From Octopus vulgaris (Eukaryota), in the NCBI GenBank assembly GCA_951406725.2, contig OX597822.1:99882001-99946000 (forward strand): a stretch of 64,000 bases of DNA, read 5' to 3'. The number at the start of each line of letters is the position of its first letter. The first letter of the stretch is position 1. A program made the position numbers and the translations under genes. Positions 12,481 through 27,535 of the stretch are shown in pieces. The notes beneath the pieces are model-generated. The model was not told the DNA's origin and ran no database searches. It saw nothing but the letters and a program-made list of their open reading frames with translations.

Positions 12481-13022
12481 AAAATACTTTCACCATTTCA
12501 TTTCTTTTTACATTAGCAAAAATTTCAGCTTAACTATAATACTTTGTTGGGTGCATAAAATCATAATTCCATGCATCTCTTATTATAAAAGGCAGATTTT
12601 ATCTGCCTCCCTTTGGGAGTTATACAAATCTACAATATAGGATTTCTTCAATTACAATTTGCCTAGCAGTTTTAAGAGTACAATGCATCGCGTCATGCCA
12701 GGTCCAGTTTTTAAAATTTAAACTCCAATTAAGCAAAATTTACAGAAAACTCACATTCTGGTGTGTGTGTCAAATGCTTTTCTTAGTCTGGTTTACACCA
12801 CACGCAAACGCACACACACAGTGGGCAACGAATAAAATGAAAGTAAATAGCGACAGAGTGATTTGAGGAAGACTAAAGTGAAAGTATTCTGTCTATGACG
12901 CTGATAGATACATGAGTAAAATGTATGGGAAGCTAAGAGCTAAGAGTGAGTGAAAATGTTCTTGGAAGAGAGTAATTAGTAATAAAGTAAACATACACTC
13001 ATACATACATACATACATACAT

Positions 13023-13057
<35 letters not shown>

Positions 13058-13284
13058 TACACACACACATACATACACACACACATACATACATACATAC
13101 ACACATACATACATATACATACATACATATACATACATACATACACACACATACACACACACACAGTATTGAAGCTTGAGAACAATCAGATACATTTGCA
13201 ACACATCTGTTGAAAATATTATTGTTCACACACATACATATACATATATACATACAGACAGACAGACAGACAGACAGACAGATA

Positions 13285-13322
<38 letters not shown>

Positions 13323-13329
13323 ATCCAGC

Positions 13330-13740
13330 ATGGCCACAACCTCAAGGCTGAAACATATAAAAGAATAACAGAATATAAATGTGTGCAAAGTACAAGAAAT
13401 ATTAATGCAGTATATGGGGATTGGACAATAAGCGTAAGGCAGTGTCAATGGTGGTTCCAGAAATCCCGAGCCATAAACTACAGCCTAGAAGACGAGCCTC
13501 ATCCTGAAAGATCTGTAGAACTCGACAAGGACATCCTGAAAACCCTGGTGGAACAAAATATCATCGTAACTGTTGAGGAACTAGCAGAGAAGCTTGGATT
13601 TGGTCATTCAACCATTCATTGACACCTGTGTGCTATCGGAAAAGTCAGCAAATTGGGTCAATGGGTTCCTCATGAACTTTCCGAGTCTAATTGCATGCAG
13701 AGAGTGAATGTATGCTTTTCTTTGCTGTCATATCTCACCA
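13330..13740 (+). mobile_element. Mariner transposase fragment (same family as 18248-19497)
   Basis: NINAVYGDWTISVRQCQWWFQK..SLEDEPHPERS..ELAEKLG, followed by GQWVPHEL. Confidence 0.8.
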
Positions 13741-13757
13741 CTACTGCGCTATGTATA

Positions 13758-14394
13758 TCTATATATATAAAACTGTAGTTGTGTGAGTGTCTGTCCCCTT
13801 CGATTTAGATTCCTAACTACTCCCACATTTTGCGGTACAGTTTAACCAAATTCGGGTAGCTTATAGTCGTGATTCATATCGAGCCCGTCTGAATATTAGC
13901 GCGCGTCTACGATGAGTCTACGATTTTAAAAATAATTTAACATCATTTTTTATTCCATTTTAATGCATAATTTTTCGTGTGTCGATGGCGGCGGAGTTGG
14001 CGTCCACGCTCACACCTGCACCTGTGGGGAAGGGAGTGTAAGGAAATCAACGTCGTAATGCGTTGTCAAGGAGACCAGTGTTCTTTTAGAACAACGACTT
14101 CATGGCTTGAAGACACCAAAACAGAAATGGCTAAGAAAGCGTCTACATGAGTCTACGATTTAAAAAAAAATTTACCATCGTTTTTTTTCCATTTTAATGC
14201 ATTTTTTCGCTATTATATAAGGGAAGTAACTCTCTAAAAATGTCTACGATGAGTCAACGATTTTTAAAAAAATTTACCATCGTATTTTTTCCATTTTTAA
14301 TGCATTTTTTGCTATTTTTTGGCTATAACTCTCTAAAAATGCTTATATAGTTATTTCCCTTACAAACCCGAGCAACGCCGGGCGATACTGCTAG
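13758..14394 (+). mobile_element. Non-autonomous Helitron
   Basis: 5' A|TCTATATATATAAAA, 3' imperfect hairpin CCCGAGCAACGCCGGG then CTAG|T, no TSD. Three internal ~70-100 bp subrepeats. Confidence 0.75.
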
Positions 14395-14692
14395 TGTATG
14401 ATATTTTCAGTCAGAAATATCTTTGTAAAACTGTTGTATGCAGGACTAGTTACACTTGTGAAAAATGCTAAACAGTTGTACTACATCACTATCAACATCT
14501 GCTTTCCATGCAAGCATGGGTTACTGTACTTTGACAATTTTCATATCTTGGCATCTGAAGCAGCTGGAGATACAATAGTTTGAAAAAAAAATGCAATTGG
14601 TCAAATTTGGACATACAACAGTTTAACATAATAGCTATGATATACATATTCATCTATTTTTCCCATGTTAATTGTTAACAAGGGAAAAATAT

Positions 14693-14727
<35 letters not shown>

Positions 14728-14793
14728 AGTATATATATATATACATGTATATATAATATATATATAAATAAGTATATGTATATACATATATAC

Positions 14794-14884
14794 AATTAGC
14801 TGAAGATTACTCAGTATCTTAAATTTGCTGTAATATTTACAGCTTTTAATAAAATGTTGTAGTATGAAACAATTGTACTAAATT
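14794..14884 (+). ncRNA. Type I hammerhead motif with a long stem II insert
   Basis: AATTAG-CTGAAGA-TTACT...AGTAT-GAAA-CAATTG-TA-CTAAATT. Palindromic ACAATTGT and a GUA triplet. Confidence 0.55.
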
Positions 14885-15626
14885 ACCGGATTCATTCTTG
14901 TTGCTTATTTTTTTTATTATAATCACCCCACATATTTTTATGGGTAACACCATACAAAATTCTGGTGCATCTAAATTAAGTACCATATTCATTTGAATCT
15001 AAATTGTTGCTGAACTATATACATATATATATATATAAATAAGTATCACATATAATACACATATCAAACAGACACACACAAACACACAACAACATTGTGG
15101 CAAATCTTTAATCATGGAAGTTAGCTTTTTTCAAGGTCAGTAGTACATGGCTGTGCATTCAATACATATTGGAAAGTGGCTGATACTAATAATAGCGTCC
15201 AGCATTTTAATGAGGGATAAAAATGTGACCTATTCAACAACAAGGAAGTTGGGTGGTTTCCCCCCCTCTTGTTCTGTGTATTGGATGATGTAGCACCACA
15301 TTTAGTGGTAAGATGCCATGCAGCAACATATTTCCGCATCCAATACCCACAGAAGAAAAAAATGGGTATAATACAATCAAGATGACACAAACATACAAAC
15401 ATATATAAATAAGGATAAGATCGTTATTTAAATATCGAACTTATCAAGTGGCCAGCAAGGGAATAAAAGCCTTCAAAGGTAATAATTATTATTAAAATTA
15501 TAATTTAGGGTATCATACAACACCTGGTGCTGTATGAACTTTTAATGTGGTTTAGAGTCAAGTTTTGGCTGCTATTTCAAGCGTGGTAGTATCTCTTAGA
15601 TACCCCAAATTATATTTTAATAATAA

Positions 15627-15630
<4 letters not shown>

Positions 15631-15671
<41 letters not shown>

Positions 15672-15932
15672 TAAATACATATATATATATACATTCATAC
15701 ATACACACACATATACATATATATATACATATGCATATATATATACATATGCATATATATATACATATGCATATATATATATATATATATATATATAGAT
15801 AAATACATATATATACATTCATACATACACACACATATATATATGCATATATATATATACATATGCATATATATATATATTAGATAAATACATATATATA
15901 TATACATTCATACATACACACACACATATATA

Positions 15933-15969
<37 letters not shown>

Positions 15970-16110
15970 TAAATACATATATATACATTCATACATACAC
16001 ACACATATATATATGCATACATATATATATTAGATACATACATATATACATGCATATATGCACATAAATTGATACACATACATTTACACACACACACACA
16101 CACACACACA
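15631..16110. repeat. Compound TA/CA microsatellite with a higher-order ~80-130 bp unit
   Basis: TAGATAAATACATATAT..ACATTCATACATACACAC recurs about 4 times. Confidence 0.8.
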
Positions 16111-16437
16111 AGCTTTTTGGGGTTTTTCTTGAATGCTTTTATGAAATCACAAGCAAATGTGGGATGTGACAAAAAAATACTATAAAATGAAACAAAAATG
16201 TATTATTTTTAAGAAAGTCTAATTAACAGGCAAATTAATGAAAAGATAAAACAAAAATATGTCTACATGTTCATTAGCAATGATTAATACTTACACCACA
16301 GCTGAGTAAGCTACAAGAATTAACAGAGAACAGAAAAAGACATCATGGCTAGTTATCGGCCATATAGAGAACTGTGTAAAACTGCACAGAGTTATTATTA
16401 TTAGGAATATCTACTAAATGTAATTAAGGTGTCTCAC

Positions 16438-16554
16438 CAATTTCGTTGATTCCACAGAATTCTGGCGATCATTCCAAGAAAATATTGAAATGTTTTTATG
16501 GACATCACTTTCCTCACGGAAATTCACCATCCGATAAGCCATGTCCGGGCTCAC
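16438..16554 (-). CDS. Candidate 117-nt exon of an unidentified host gene (VSPDMAYRMVNFREESDVHKNISIFSWNDRQNSVESTKL)
   Basis: Acceptor TTTTCTTTTCATTTGCATTAACAG and donor GTGAGA. Only one frame is open (phase 0-0) and the sequence is not an obvious repeat. Confidence 0.5.
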
Positions 16555-17024
16555 CTGTTAATGCAAATGAAAAGAAAATAAGAAACTGGTTAAATATGGT
16601 GCTTGTTTAATCAGTGTTAAGCAGTTAACTATTGACCTGTTTTGGTCATTAGACTGTGGTCCTGCTGGAGCACCACCGTAAATTTTTTTTGTCAAAAAAA
16701 TGGGAGTATAAACAAACCATCACCAGATGACAAGCAGCGTTGGGGGACAAACATAGATATACATAGATATATATACAGCAGGCTTCTTTCAGTTCCTGTC
16801 TACCAAATCCACTCACAAGGCTTTGGTAGACTTGAGGCTGTAGTATGAGTCACTTGCCCAAGGTGCCATGCAGTGGAATTGAACCCTGAACCATGTGGTT
16901 GAGAAGGTAACTTCTTACCACACAGCAGCACCTGCCCCAGTTGGGAACAATTAGGGTAGAACAGTTTTATTATCATATTTCACTTGAAATACACTGCTTG
17001 TGTTCCAATTTAATTTACTTTTTT

Positions 17025-17420
17025 ACTTGTTTCAGTCATTTGACTGCGGCCATGCTGGAGCACCGCCTTTTAGTTGAGCAAATCAACCCTGGGACTTATT
17101 CTTTGTAAGCTCAGTACTTATTCTATCGGTCTCTTTTGCCGAACCGCTAAGTGACGGGGACGTAAACACACCAGCATCAGTTGTCAAGCAATGCTAGGGG
17201 GACAAACACAGACACACAAACACACACACATGCATATATATATATATACATATATACGACAGGCTTCTTTCAGTTTTCATCTACCATTTCCACTCACAAG
17301 GCTTTGGTTGGCCCGAGGCTATAGCAGAAGACACTTGCCCAAGATGCCACGCAGTGGGACTGAACCCGGAACCGTGTGGCTGGTGAGCAAGCTACTTACC
17401 ACGCAGCCACTCCTACGCCT
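17025..17420 (-). mobile_element. SINE family A
   Basis: Near-full-length match to 10333-10741. Confidence 0.85.
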
Positions 17421-17729
17421 ATTTGAAAAGGATGAAGAATTTAGTAAAATAATTTTGTCATTGTAAAGCTATTTGAAACATAAATTAACATGACGTCTTG
17501 ATGGCAAAAAGCTTTAACTGGGATCACTTCACAGAAAATAGATTATACCATTAAGCCAGGTGTGGTCTCAGGTGGGTTGATACAAAAAGTGTTAAAATTG
17601 ATATGCATTGTCTCTTTTACTTTTTTCAGTCACGAAACCAGTGCCATACTGGAGCACAATTTTGATGAGTTTCTTTTCTATAGTTGCTAACATTGACTCC
17701 AGTAATATCTTTTTTTTTTTTTAGATTAA

Positions 17730-17950
17730 CCCTTTCATTACTGTATTTATTTTGAGATGCTCTGTGTTTCTTCCAATTATTTTAAATATAATAAAGAATT
17801 TAGTAAAATAACATCGTTATCATTGAGCTAGTGTTAGGAACATAAATTTTGACTAAGATTTGGTGGAAATTTTGAATTCAAAACTTATGAAAACAAGGCA
17901 TTTATACTAAAGAGCCAGAGGCGGTTTCAGCTGGGTTGGTAACAAAAGGG
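17730..17950 (-). mobile_element. piggyBac-type MITE
   Basis: TTAA-CCCTTTCATTAC...GTAACAAAAGGG-TTAA. Same family as 1313-1630. Confidence 0.8.
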
Positions 17951-17954
17951 TTAA

Positions 17955-20152
<2,198 letters not shown>

Positions 20153-20602
20153 GGCAATTTGAGGGTCATAAGATCAAATTGTGCCATTCTCCCCAATGAC
20201 CCACACTCTCTTTTCTGAAATGTGAGTAACCCCTCTACAGCATAAAGTCACGTCTCTCAGGGCTCATAGTCTTTTAAGGTGTGTGGTAAGTTCACAAGTG
20301 TTAGTGGTATGAAGAAAAAAAAAAAGCATCCAATACATGTGATAGAGTGGTTGACATAAGGAAGGGCATCCAATAGTAGAAACCATTCCTAAGCAGACAC
20401 TGGAGCATGATGTAGTCCTTGGACCTGTCAGGTCCAACAGTTCGACCAATGCAAGCATGGAAAACATACTTTAAATGGTGGTGGTGATGGGGATGACGAT
20501 GATGGGGGGATGATGATGGTGGGGGGATGATGGTAGTGGTAGGGATGATGATGCTGGTGGTGTGGATGCTGGTGTTGGCTGTGATAGTGGTGGTGGTGGT
20601 GG

Positions 20603-20662
<60 letters not shown>

Positions 20663-20938
20663 CAATGATGATGATGATGAAGCAACACTATCTTCCCTTT
20701 ATTTCTGAGTGGCTGCTGTTTGAACAGGTATCTAGCTTGTAAAATACTCACTCCTATACTTTATTCATCTCTCACTTGAAGAAAGATAAGTTTTCAGAAT
20801 AAGTAATTTGATATAATATGAATAAATCTTCCAATACACCAGTTTCTCCCATCATCTCAAACAGTGCAGTTTCAACTAAATTCGAAAAGGCTGAAGAATT
20901 TAGTAAAATAATTTTGTCATTGTACACCATATGGCCAC

Positions 20939-21366
<428 letters not shown>

Positions 21367-21814
21367 TCTCAAACAGTGGTTCCCAAAGTGTGCAGTACTG
21401 CCCTCTGGGGCAGTGGAAAGGTCGGTGGGGAAGAGCATTCAAGAAAAGTGGGGCAATAATGGTTTGGTCAAAAGGGGGCAGTAGAGGTAAAAACAACAAA
21501 ATAATGGGTCAATTAGTTTTATTTGTGAAATATGGTTGTTTTGAATTTGCTTTAGAAAGTGGTCTATGTTTGTGGTGATGAGTGGGGGCACCAGGAATGT
21601 GGTCCAGGTACCAAGGGGGGACAGCCCAAAAAAGTTTAGAAATCACTGATATAAAAAAAGATAAAAAAAACAATGATAAAAATAACCTCACTTTATCTAA
21701 GGTTTTTTTGATTTTATGATATGTGACTCTCTCTTCCCTAAAAAATTGATTATTCTCATTTATTTACATTTTAATTTAGTACAGGCATCCAGTAAAACAA
21801 AAATAAAATATTAG

Positions 21815-21990
21815 GCATAAGAGTGGCTGTGTGGTAAGTAGCTTGCTTACGAACCACATGGTTCCAGGTTCAGTCCCACTGCGTGGCACCTTGGGAGAGT
21901 GTCTTCTACTATAGCCTCAGGCCAACCAAAGCCTTGTGAGTGGATTTGGTAGACGGAAACTGAAAGAAGCCTGTCGTATATATGTGTGTG

Positions 21991-22049
<59 letters not shown>

Positions 22050-22280
22050 ATGTGTGTGTGTGTGTCTGTCTGTCTGTCTGTGTTTGTCCCTGCCCCAACA
22101 TCACTTGACAACCGATGCTGGTGTGTTTACGTCCCCGTAACTTAGCGGTTCGGCAAAAGGGACCCATGGAATAAGTACTAGACTCACAAAGAATAAGTCC
22201 TGGGGGTCGATCTGCTCGACTAAAGGCAGTGCTCCAGCATGGCCACAGTCAAATGACTGAAACAAGTAAAAGAGTAAAGA
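21815..22280 (+). mobile_element. SINE family A
   Basis: Full head-to-tail copy. Confidence 0.85.
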
Positions 22281-22485
22281 GATTCTATAGAACATGACAT
22301 ATACAACAAAGGTGGACAGATTTCTTTGCTGCAGTGTTTCCAAGATTACAAAAGACATTAGACAAAAGGCAAGATTCCATAACATCTGCCCAACCTTTGC
22401 CAGCACAACAATACACATACGAAATCTTCTGGTCATCTCTAATATTAATTTACAGAATTTGGGGTACTTTTTAAAAGTTTACATT

Positions 22486-22855
22486 GTGGAGGCGAAATGG
22501 CCCAGTGATTAAGGCAGTGGACTCACAGTCGTAGGATCACAGTTTCGATTCCCAGACCGGGCATTGCAAGTGTTTATTGAGTGAAAACACCTAAAGCTCC
22601 ACGAAGCTCCAGCAGGGGGGGGGGGGAGCGAACCCTGCTTTACTCTTTCACCACAACTTTCTCTCACTCCTTCTTCCTGTTTCTGTCGTACTTGTATTTC
22701 AAAGGGCCTTGTCACGCTGAATCTCCCCGAGAACTACGTTGGGGCTATACGTATCTGTGGAGTGCTCAGCCACATGCACATTAATTTCACAAGCAGGCTG
22801 TTCCTTTGATCGGATCAACTGGAACCCTCATCGTCGCAACCGACAGAGTGCCAGA
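22486..22855 (+). mobile_element. tRNA-derived SINE (family D)
   Basis: Head TGGCCCAGTGATTAAGGCAGTGGACTC..GTTTCGATTCCCAG. An inverted copy lies at 33083-33465. Confidence 0.8.
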
Positions 22856-23424
22856 ACAAGCCAAAAGTAGAATGATCCTGTAATAGGTTTGTCATAATAA
22901 TAACCAAACAAAATTAAATTTCAGTAAGGAAATGTTTTAATTGCTTGTAAATTTTGTAAATTAGTCAGTCACAAATACAAAAGGGTTTTCATGCAACTTT
23001 CTATAGAATTTCTCAAAACTAATTCAATGACAGTCACTGAGTGATACTAATATTGCTCAGTATTAAGGTGGTGAGCTGGCAAAACTGTTAGCACACTGGG
23101 CAAACTGCTTAACAGCATTTTGTAAATCTTTATGTTCTGAGTTCAAATTCCACCAAGGTCAGTTTTGCTTTTCATCCTTTCAGGATCGATAAAATAAGTA
23201 CCAGTTGAGCATTGGGGTCAATGGATTTGACTTACCCACTCCCTGGAAATTTGCTGGCCTTGTACCAAAATTTGAGAGCAATACCGCCCAGTATCCATGT
23301 AATTATTAGAAAATCTAAATATATATTTAGCACATCATTGCAGAAGATTTTGGTTTCAACAAAGACATTGTGAAGGATTCATAAGAGAATTGTTTAGAGA
23401 GATATTATTATCCATACAGTTTAA

Positions 23425-23865
23425 CCCTTTTGTTACCAACCCGGCTGAAACCAGCTCTGGCTCTGTAGTATAAATGTCTTGTTTTCATAAGTTTTGAATT
23501 AAAATCTTCTACCAAACCTTAATCATAATTTATGTTCCTAACACTAACTGAAAGATAACTAAGTTATTTTACTAAATTCTTTGTTATATTTTGGAGATGT
23601 ACTTGCATAGCAAGTGATTTGATCTGAGATCATGTGCTGGAACGAAAACAATTGCAGCGTGGAAGGTGTTTGTAAGGCATTTAAGAAACACACAAAAGTC
23701 GTTCGATTCACTTCAACATTTAAGTTTAATTTGTCAAAATATTTTCGTCGCTTTAAGACCGCGACCTGTTCACTGACAAAAATCCGTGCTGCTTTGTTGT
23801 TTGTTATATTTAAAGTAATTAAAAGAAACACAGAGCATCTCAAAATAAATACGGTAATGAAAGGG
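23425..23865 (+). mobile_element. piggyBac-type MITE with a nested PLE-like fragment (23592-23792)
   Basis: TTAA flanks; the empty TTAA site is visible in the paralogous copy near 18138. The nested insert is flanked by TTTGTTATATT. Confidence 0.8.
23731..23779 (-). ncRNA. Minimal type I hammerhead motif, G3-C8 variant (best-preserved copy)
   Basis: TTGTCA-GTGAACA-G-GTCGC GGTCTTAAA GCGAC-GAAA-ATAT-TT-TGACAA, with perfect stems I and II. Confidence 0.65.
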
Positions 23866-24436
23866 TTAAATAATGACAATAAGATTTAATTAACCTCACA
23901 AATAAACTGAAAGTGAGATTGTCTCATCAGGGGTAAAAAAAATATACTTATTGACAGTAAATATATTATCAACCATTAATTTTGCTATCTAACGTATAAT
24001 GAATCCAAAAGAAATATTTGCACTCTTATGGCCTTGTGTGTGTGTGAGAGTGTGTGTATGCATGCATGCATGTATGTATGTATGTATCTGTACATCATCT
24101 CCAGTTCTTTTATATCCACACAACGATACGATTAAATGGATCCATTTAGAAGATGGATCATGAATGGAGACAATACATGAATGATTCCACAATTGTTCCA
24201 TAAGAAGCTATTTATAAAGTTCCAGGTTATATTCATCTTCAGTAATTGCAGTTGTAAATCAATGAACTCATGGTTTTACGACAAAATAATTATATAACTT
24301 GAAATAAATACTAAAGCTGACAACAAAATGAAACTCCAACAGGCAAATAGTGTATTGTCTGAGTTAACTGGATTTTGGACAATGAATAATAAGGGTTATC
24401 AGTATCATTTTAAGGTTCAGTTTTCTATGCTTTTAA

Positions 24437-24669
24437 CCCTTTCAGTACCAACCCAGCTGAAACTGGCTCTTGCTTTGAGTACAAATGTCTTGTTTTCATA
24501 AGTTTTGAATTAAAATCTTTTCATAAGTTTTGAATTAAAATCTTAGTCACAATTTATGTTCCTAACACTAGCTTAATGATAACCAAGTTATTTTACTAAA
24601 TTCTTTATTATATTTAACGTAATTCAAAGAAACACAGAATATCTCAAAATAAATACGGTAACGAAAGGG
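24437..24669 (+). mobile_element. piggyBac-type MITE
   Basis: TTAA-CCCTTTC...GAAAGGG-TTAA. Confidence 0.8.
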
Positions 24670-24979
24670 TTAAGGATCAGTCAAAATTCACTGAGGCAGA
24701 TTTTCTATGGCCAGATGCCCTTCCTGTTGCCAACCCTTACCAGTTTCCAAGCAAGGTAATAATCTTGTGGTCTGTCAAGCAAACTGCCCAGACATAGTTA
24801 TGCAGTGAAGTGAAAACAAACAACACTATTTGAATAAGCTTTATGTTTACAAACATCTCACAGTAAGTCAAAACATGTCAAGAACCCTGGACATGTTTCA
24901 ACGGTTGACTGCCCAGCAAAAACACTGAAAATACATGAGAGATAAGGAGAAATACAAACACCCAGACACTGACACATAT

Positions 24980-25020
<41 letters not shown>

Positions 25021-25283
25021 ACAATATTCTCCAATTTTCACCTACCAACTTCATTCACAAGGTATTGGATGACCCACAGTTAAAGTACAGAATTTCAGCC
25101 AACAGCATCCACACAGTGTGACTGAACCTCCCATCCATATGGTTTTTTTGGGGAAAAACTTCTTTAATACACAGCCATGGATGCACCTAAGATCAAATTA
25201 TGCCATTGATGCTGTCTATAGCAACCCCAGCCAATTTAGCTACAGATAAACACCACCACCTTCACTTTACTGAAAAGCTGCTG

Positions 25284-25662
25284 TTCAATATTTAAGAGAT
25301 GAGGAATTATGTACATTATTTACATTTGATGGATATTTGTCCTCATCTTGCTTGTTGTTAACACATTTTGCGTGATATACCCTCCAGCCTTCATCAGGTG
25401 TCTCAGGGAAATTTCAAACTTGGGTTCTCATTCCTAAGGTATTTTTCGATGTTATTAATATTATTATTATTATTATTATTATCATCATTATCATTATTAT
25501 TATCATCATTATTATTGGAGAGGTTGGCATTAGGAAGGGCATCCAGCTGTAGAAACTCTGCCAAATCATGATTGAAGCCTGGTGCAGCCATCTGGTTTGC
25601 CAGCCCTCAGTCAAAATCGTCCAACCCATGCTAGCACGGAAAGCGGATGTTAAACGATCATC

Positions 25663-25694
<32 letters not shown>

Positions 25695-25816
25695 CATTCA
25701 GGTCACTGCCTGGAATCGAACTCAGAATCTTGGGGTTAGTAGCCCATGCTCTTAACCACTACACCATATGCCCATGGGGACAAATGTGTGTCAAATGTAA
25801 ATAATGTAAATAATGT
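25284..25816 (-). mobile_element. Second tRNA-headed hammerhead SINE, interrupted by an RTE 3' fragment
   Basis: tRNA head 25697-25775, microsatellite, then a tail with GACAC-CTGATGA-A-GGCTG (degenerate 3' half, 25360-25402). A short inverted copy of the tail lies at 25789-25816. Confidence 0.7.
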
Positions 25817-27104
25817 GAATAGCTGCTGTTAAAATGTGCATCTAGCAGTAAGATACTTGATACTACAGTGTAATGTCTGTCACTTGCAGAGGGAGACAAG
25901 ATCTATGAATAAATAGCTTGATATTACATGGATAAATCTTTCAACACAACAATTACTCCTATCATCTAGTGCAATGTAAAAGGACTTGTCTAAGGATTGA
26001 AATGTAATGACAGGGGTCACAAAATGTAAAAATATGATTGTGAAGAGATGTCGAAAGTAACAAAGATTCGAATCCCATTGTATTCTCCAAATGTAACAGG
26101 TTATGTTTATGCTACAATTGCTCAAAGTCCAGGAGACAATGTAATAAAGAACATCAGAAAGAAGGAATATTATTCACAGTTTTTGTTCACATGCAGAAAG
26201 CTTAGTAGGAATTAGCAGTTTCATAGTACTAGGAGAAATGACAACGATGATGTACTCTCTGCACTCTTAATGGACAGAAGTTAGCTTAATTGTTTGCTGC
26301 TAGAGAGGGAGAAAGGATGAGAACTATGTTGTTCCTCACTTTTCAATTCAACCAGGATGCTCTTGGTCAGAAAGCAGATATCAAAGAGGCTCAACAGACT
26401 TCTTATTGGGAGTATATAAGGTTTGGCAACTAAAGTAGGTCAATCCTAAAACAAGGGGTTGACCTTTCCACGACCACAAGAGGTCTACAAGGTCAAATCA
26501 TCCTCATTAATTTCCAAGTAAAGAGAGTTGAAAGCAAAAAAACTGGAAATCCATCTGACAATCAACAAAAATGTGGATTCGGTTTTGATTCTTAACTATG
26601 TATCCAGGAAATGATCTCTTACAGAAATATTCAGAGTTTAACCTATTCATTATTATATTTCAGTTGAAATCCACTGCCTGTTTTCCAATTAATTATTTTT
26701 TTTAAATTGCAACAAAATAACTCATTATTAAGCTGGTGTTCAGAGCATAAATTAACATAGAATTTTGATGGAATGTTTTAATTTAATTTAATTTAGTACA
26801 CTTTGAAATAGGAAGTTTGTATCATAAGACCTAGTGGTAGTCACATGTGGATTAATAACAAAAGCTTTAAAACTGAAGTATCCGCAGAGACTGCTTGATG
26901 GAGGAAAAGTACAAGCAACTAAATTTCATAAGACATGCTTTCTTGTAGCAGATCAGATATATGAAATTTGAGCCTGACTAGAGATACATATACCTGTAGG
27001 TAAAAGAGTTGAACCCTCAATACCAGTTGAGAAACAGTAACATCAATAGACAAGAGCTGCAGTGCATCTTTAAAAGAATTCCAGATTAACAGATTACTTT
27101 TTTA

Positions 27105-27410
27105 CTCTATTACTTGTTTCAGTCATTTGACTGTGGCCATGCTGGAGCACCGCCTTTTAGTCGAGCAAACCTACCCCAGGGCTTATTCTTTGTAAGCCTA
27201 GTACTTATTCTATTGGTCTCTTTTGCCAAACCGCTAAGTTACAGGGACGTAAACAGACCAGCATCTGTTGTCAAGTGATGTTGGGGGGGGGGACAAACAC
27301 AGACACACAAACATATACACACACATACATATATATATACATATATATGACAGGCTTCTTTCAGTTTCCGTCTACCAAATCCAGACACACAAACATATAC
27401 ACACACATAC

Positions 27411-27448
<38 letters not shown>

Positions 27449-27535
27449 CATATATACGACAGGCTTCTTTCAGTTTCCGTCTACCAAATCCACTCACAAG
27501 GCTTTGGTCAGCCTGAGGCTATAGTAGAAGACACC
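27105..27535 (-). mobile_element. SINE family A, 5'-truncated, with an internal duplication
   Basis: Matches family A; GACAGGCTTCTTTCAGTTTCCGTCTACCAAATCCA occurs twice. Confidence 0.8.

Larger units (their letters stand above)
22991..24381 (+). repeat. Local segmental duplication, copy 2
   Basis: Matches 17955-20152. Carries a SINE B (~23064-23280) and a MITE but lacks the mariner. Confidence 0.85.

Noticed and set aside
13905-14312. Repeat-spacer pattern resembling a CRISPR array
   Set aside because: Eukaryotic context, irregular degenerate units inside a Helitron, and no cas genes.
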